Positions 60,381 to 64,000 of a stretch of DNA of 64,000 nucleotides are shown piece after piece. Position 1 is the stretch's first letter. Every line of letters begins with the position of its first letter. The notes beneath the pieces were generated by a model. The model was not told where the DNA came from, ran no database searches, and worked only from the letters and a program-made list of their open reading frames with translations. The position numbers and the translations under genes are program-made. This DNA comes from the human T2T-CHM13v2.0 reference genome, Homo sapiens, in NCBI RefSeq assembly GCF_009914755.1, contig NC_060925.1. One strand, written 5' to 3'.

Positions 60381-61567
60381 AATGATGAAAAGTGAAATTA
60401 AAAAACCCACTTACAATGGCAAGCAAATACATGAAATACTTAGGGATAAATATAACAAAATGTATATGTACATTGAAAATTACAAAACACTGCTAAGAGA
60501 GGTGTTATTCAGAAGACTTAAATAATGGAAGAGATGTATGCTGTCTGTGTCAGAAGGCACAATATTCTTAAGTTCTCCAAACTGATCCGTAGATTCAAAG
60601 TAATCCCTGTCAAAATCCCAGGAGGCTTTTGGGAAAATTAATATTCTCATTTTATTCTGAATTTTTATGAAAAGTAAGGGCTCTAGAATAGACAATACAA
60701 TTTTGAAAAGGATCATCATTGGAAGACTTACATTACCCAATTTCTTGACTTATCATTAAGCTACAGTGATGAATACAGTGTGATACAGATGTAAAGATAT
60801 GACATATAGATCAGTGGAACAGAATACAAAGGCAAAAGTAGATCTATATTTATATGGTCAATTAATTTTCAACAAAGACGCTAAGGTAATTCAGTGGGGA
60901 AAGGATAATTTTTGTAACAAATGGTGTCAGAACAACTAGATCTCTGTATGGGAAAATATATAAACTTTAACTTTTATGTCACACCATACAGAAAAATTTA
61001 CCCAAATAGATTATAGAGTTAAATGTGAAAGTTCAAATTATAAAACATCCAGGAGATAATATGAGAGAAAGTCTTTCTAAACTAGGTAAAAGTGAAGATT
61101 TATTTCTTAGATAAGACACACAAAAAGCATGACACGAGAGAAAAGTGAATCATTAGAGTCCATCAAAGTTTAGTTTGCGTTTTATGAAAGACATCACTGA
61201 GAAATTGAAAAGACAAGCAATAGACTGCGAGAAAATTTTTGTAAAACATGTATGTGATATAGGCCTTGTATCCAGATATATGAGAAATCATAGAAGATAA
61301 CAACTCAGTAAAAATATAGGAAAAGATTTTAAGACACTTTACAAAAGAAAATCTATAAACAGCCAATAAGCACATCAGAAGATGTTCAACATCATTGGTC
61401 ATCAGAGAAATAAAACTAAGTTCACTGTGAGATAACAGTCACATCAATTAGATTGGCATAAATTGAAAAGACAGACACACCATGTGTTGGTGGGGATGTG
61501 GATCAGCTAGAACACTCATACATCATGGGAATGTAAGATATTGAAAAGGATTTTGGACATTTCTTAA

Positions 61568-61954
<387 letters not shown>

Positions 61955-62164
61955 TAAATGAAACCTATGTCAATGCAAAGACTTGTACATAAAAGTCCAT
62001 AGAAGCTTTATTCATAAAAGCTTCAAGCTGGAAACAACATAAATACAAATCAACAGGTGAACGGATAAACCAATTGTATATCCATGCAAAGAAATACTAC
62101 TAAGAAATTAAAAAAACACAGTCATGTGCAACAACAAGGATATGTCTCTAAAACATTATGCTGA

Positions 62165-62535
<371 letters not shown>

Positions 62536-62769
62536 CTAGGAAAATATGAATTTAATGTGTAAGTGACAGAAAACAGATCAATGGTTGCTTGTGTCTGGGA
62601 ATTTTTGGGGTGCATAACTGGGAAGGGGTATAAAGATACTTGTAATATCAAGAAATGTTTATATTCTTACTTTGGTGGTATTAATAGAGGTGAATATATT
62701 TGTCAAAATGTATTGCACTGTACACTTAAAATGAGTGTATTTTATCTTATGTAACGTCTATCTTTTTAA

Positions 62770-63082
<313 letters not shown>

Positions 63083-63130
63083 CTAAAGTTTTTTTTTTGT
63101 TTTGTTTTGTTTTAAAGATAACAGATTTTC

Positions 63131-63417
63131 GGCCAGGTGCGGTGGCTCACATCTGTAATCTCAGCACTTTGAGAGGCCGAGGCCGGCAGATCACGAAGTC
63201 AAGAGATCGAGACCATCCTGGCCAACATGGTGAAACCCTGTCTCTACTAAAAATACAAAAATTAGCTGGGCGTGGTGGCGTGCGCCTGACGTCGCAGCTA
63301 CTCAGGAGGCTGAGGCAGGAGAATCACTTGAACCTGGGAGGCAGAGGTTGCAGTGAGCCGAGATTTGCCACTGCACTCCAGCCTGGCGACGCAGCAAAAC
63401 TGTCTCAAAAAAAAAAG
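63131..63417 (+). mobile_element. AluSc
   Basis: TCAAGAGATCGAGACCATCCTGGCCAACATGG and CCAGCCTGGCGAC; TSD ACAGATTTTC. Confidence 0.95.
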
Positions 63418-63431
63418 GATACAGATTTTCA

Positions 63432-63762
<331 letters not shown>

Positions 63763-64000
63763 TTATAAAATATTTACAGTTCTAATAAGATGAAAAATAA
63801 TATGAAATGAAAAGTAAACTGCTGCTTAAAATAATAGATTATATTGTCTTCATGATGCAGCTATAGAGACGGCTCTCATTTATTGAAAGTACTCGTGGGG
63901 TTTTTTTGGAGAAAAATAATTGATGAAAAGTAGTATCGCAACTTATTTAATCAAATCTGAAAAGGAAATGGAATGTGAGGGGAGATATGATGATTCCTTC

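Overview
Primate (human or great-ape) genomic DNA with no supportable protein-coding exon; nearly every ORF in the track is Alu/L1/LTR/low-complexity or CpG-island noise. A CpG island (~14.2-15.8 kb) holds a promoter and a ~0.5 kb non-coding first exon on the minus strand (donor at 14744). From recall this is PTPN14 exon 1 (not database-checked), which makes 1-14743 intron 1 and 15.8-64 kb upstream intergenic DNA. The rest is repeat-rich: about 39 Alus, MIR/L2, MADE1, MER33, MER5A, a Tigger2 derivative, a full-length THE1A, MLT/MST and ERV1 solo LTRs, a decayed ERVL with a dUTPase remnant, and an old near-full-length L1. The best observations are: (1) the only AUG in exon 1 is an AUG-UAA start-stop element overlapping a second GTAAGC donor 8 nt upstream of the main donor, a possible splicing toggle on translation; (2) a 462-bp TSD-flanked retrocopy of an unidentified mRNA 3' end, antisense in intron 1; (3) two old local direct duplications of non-Alu DNA (28.5/30.5 kb and 38.4/42.4 kb); (4) TEAD and AP-1 motif clusters consistent with YAP/TAZ feedback. 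I see no evidence of a novel protein-coding system. Repeat subfamily names come from recalled consensus sequences, and boundaries of old repeats are approximate.
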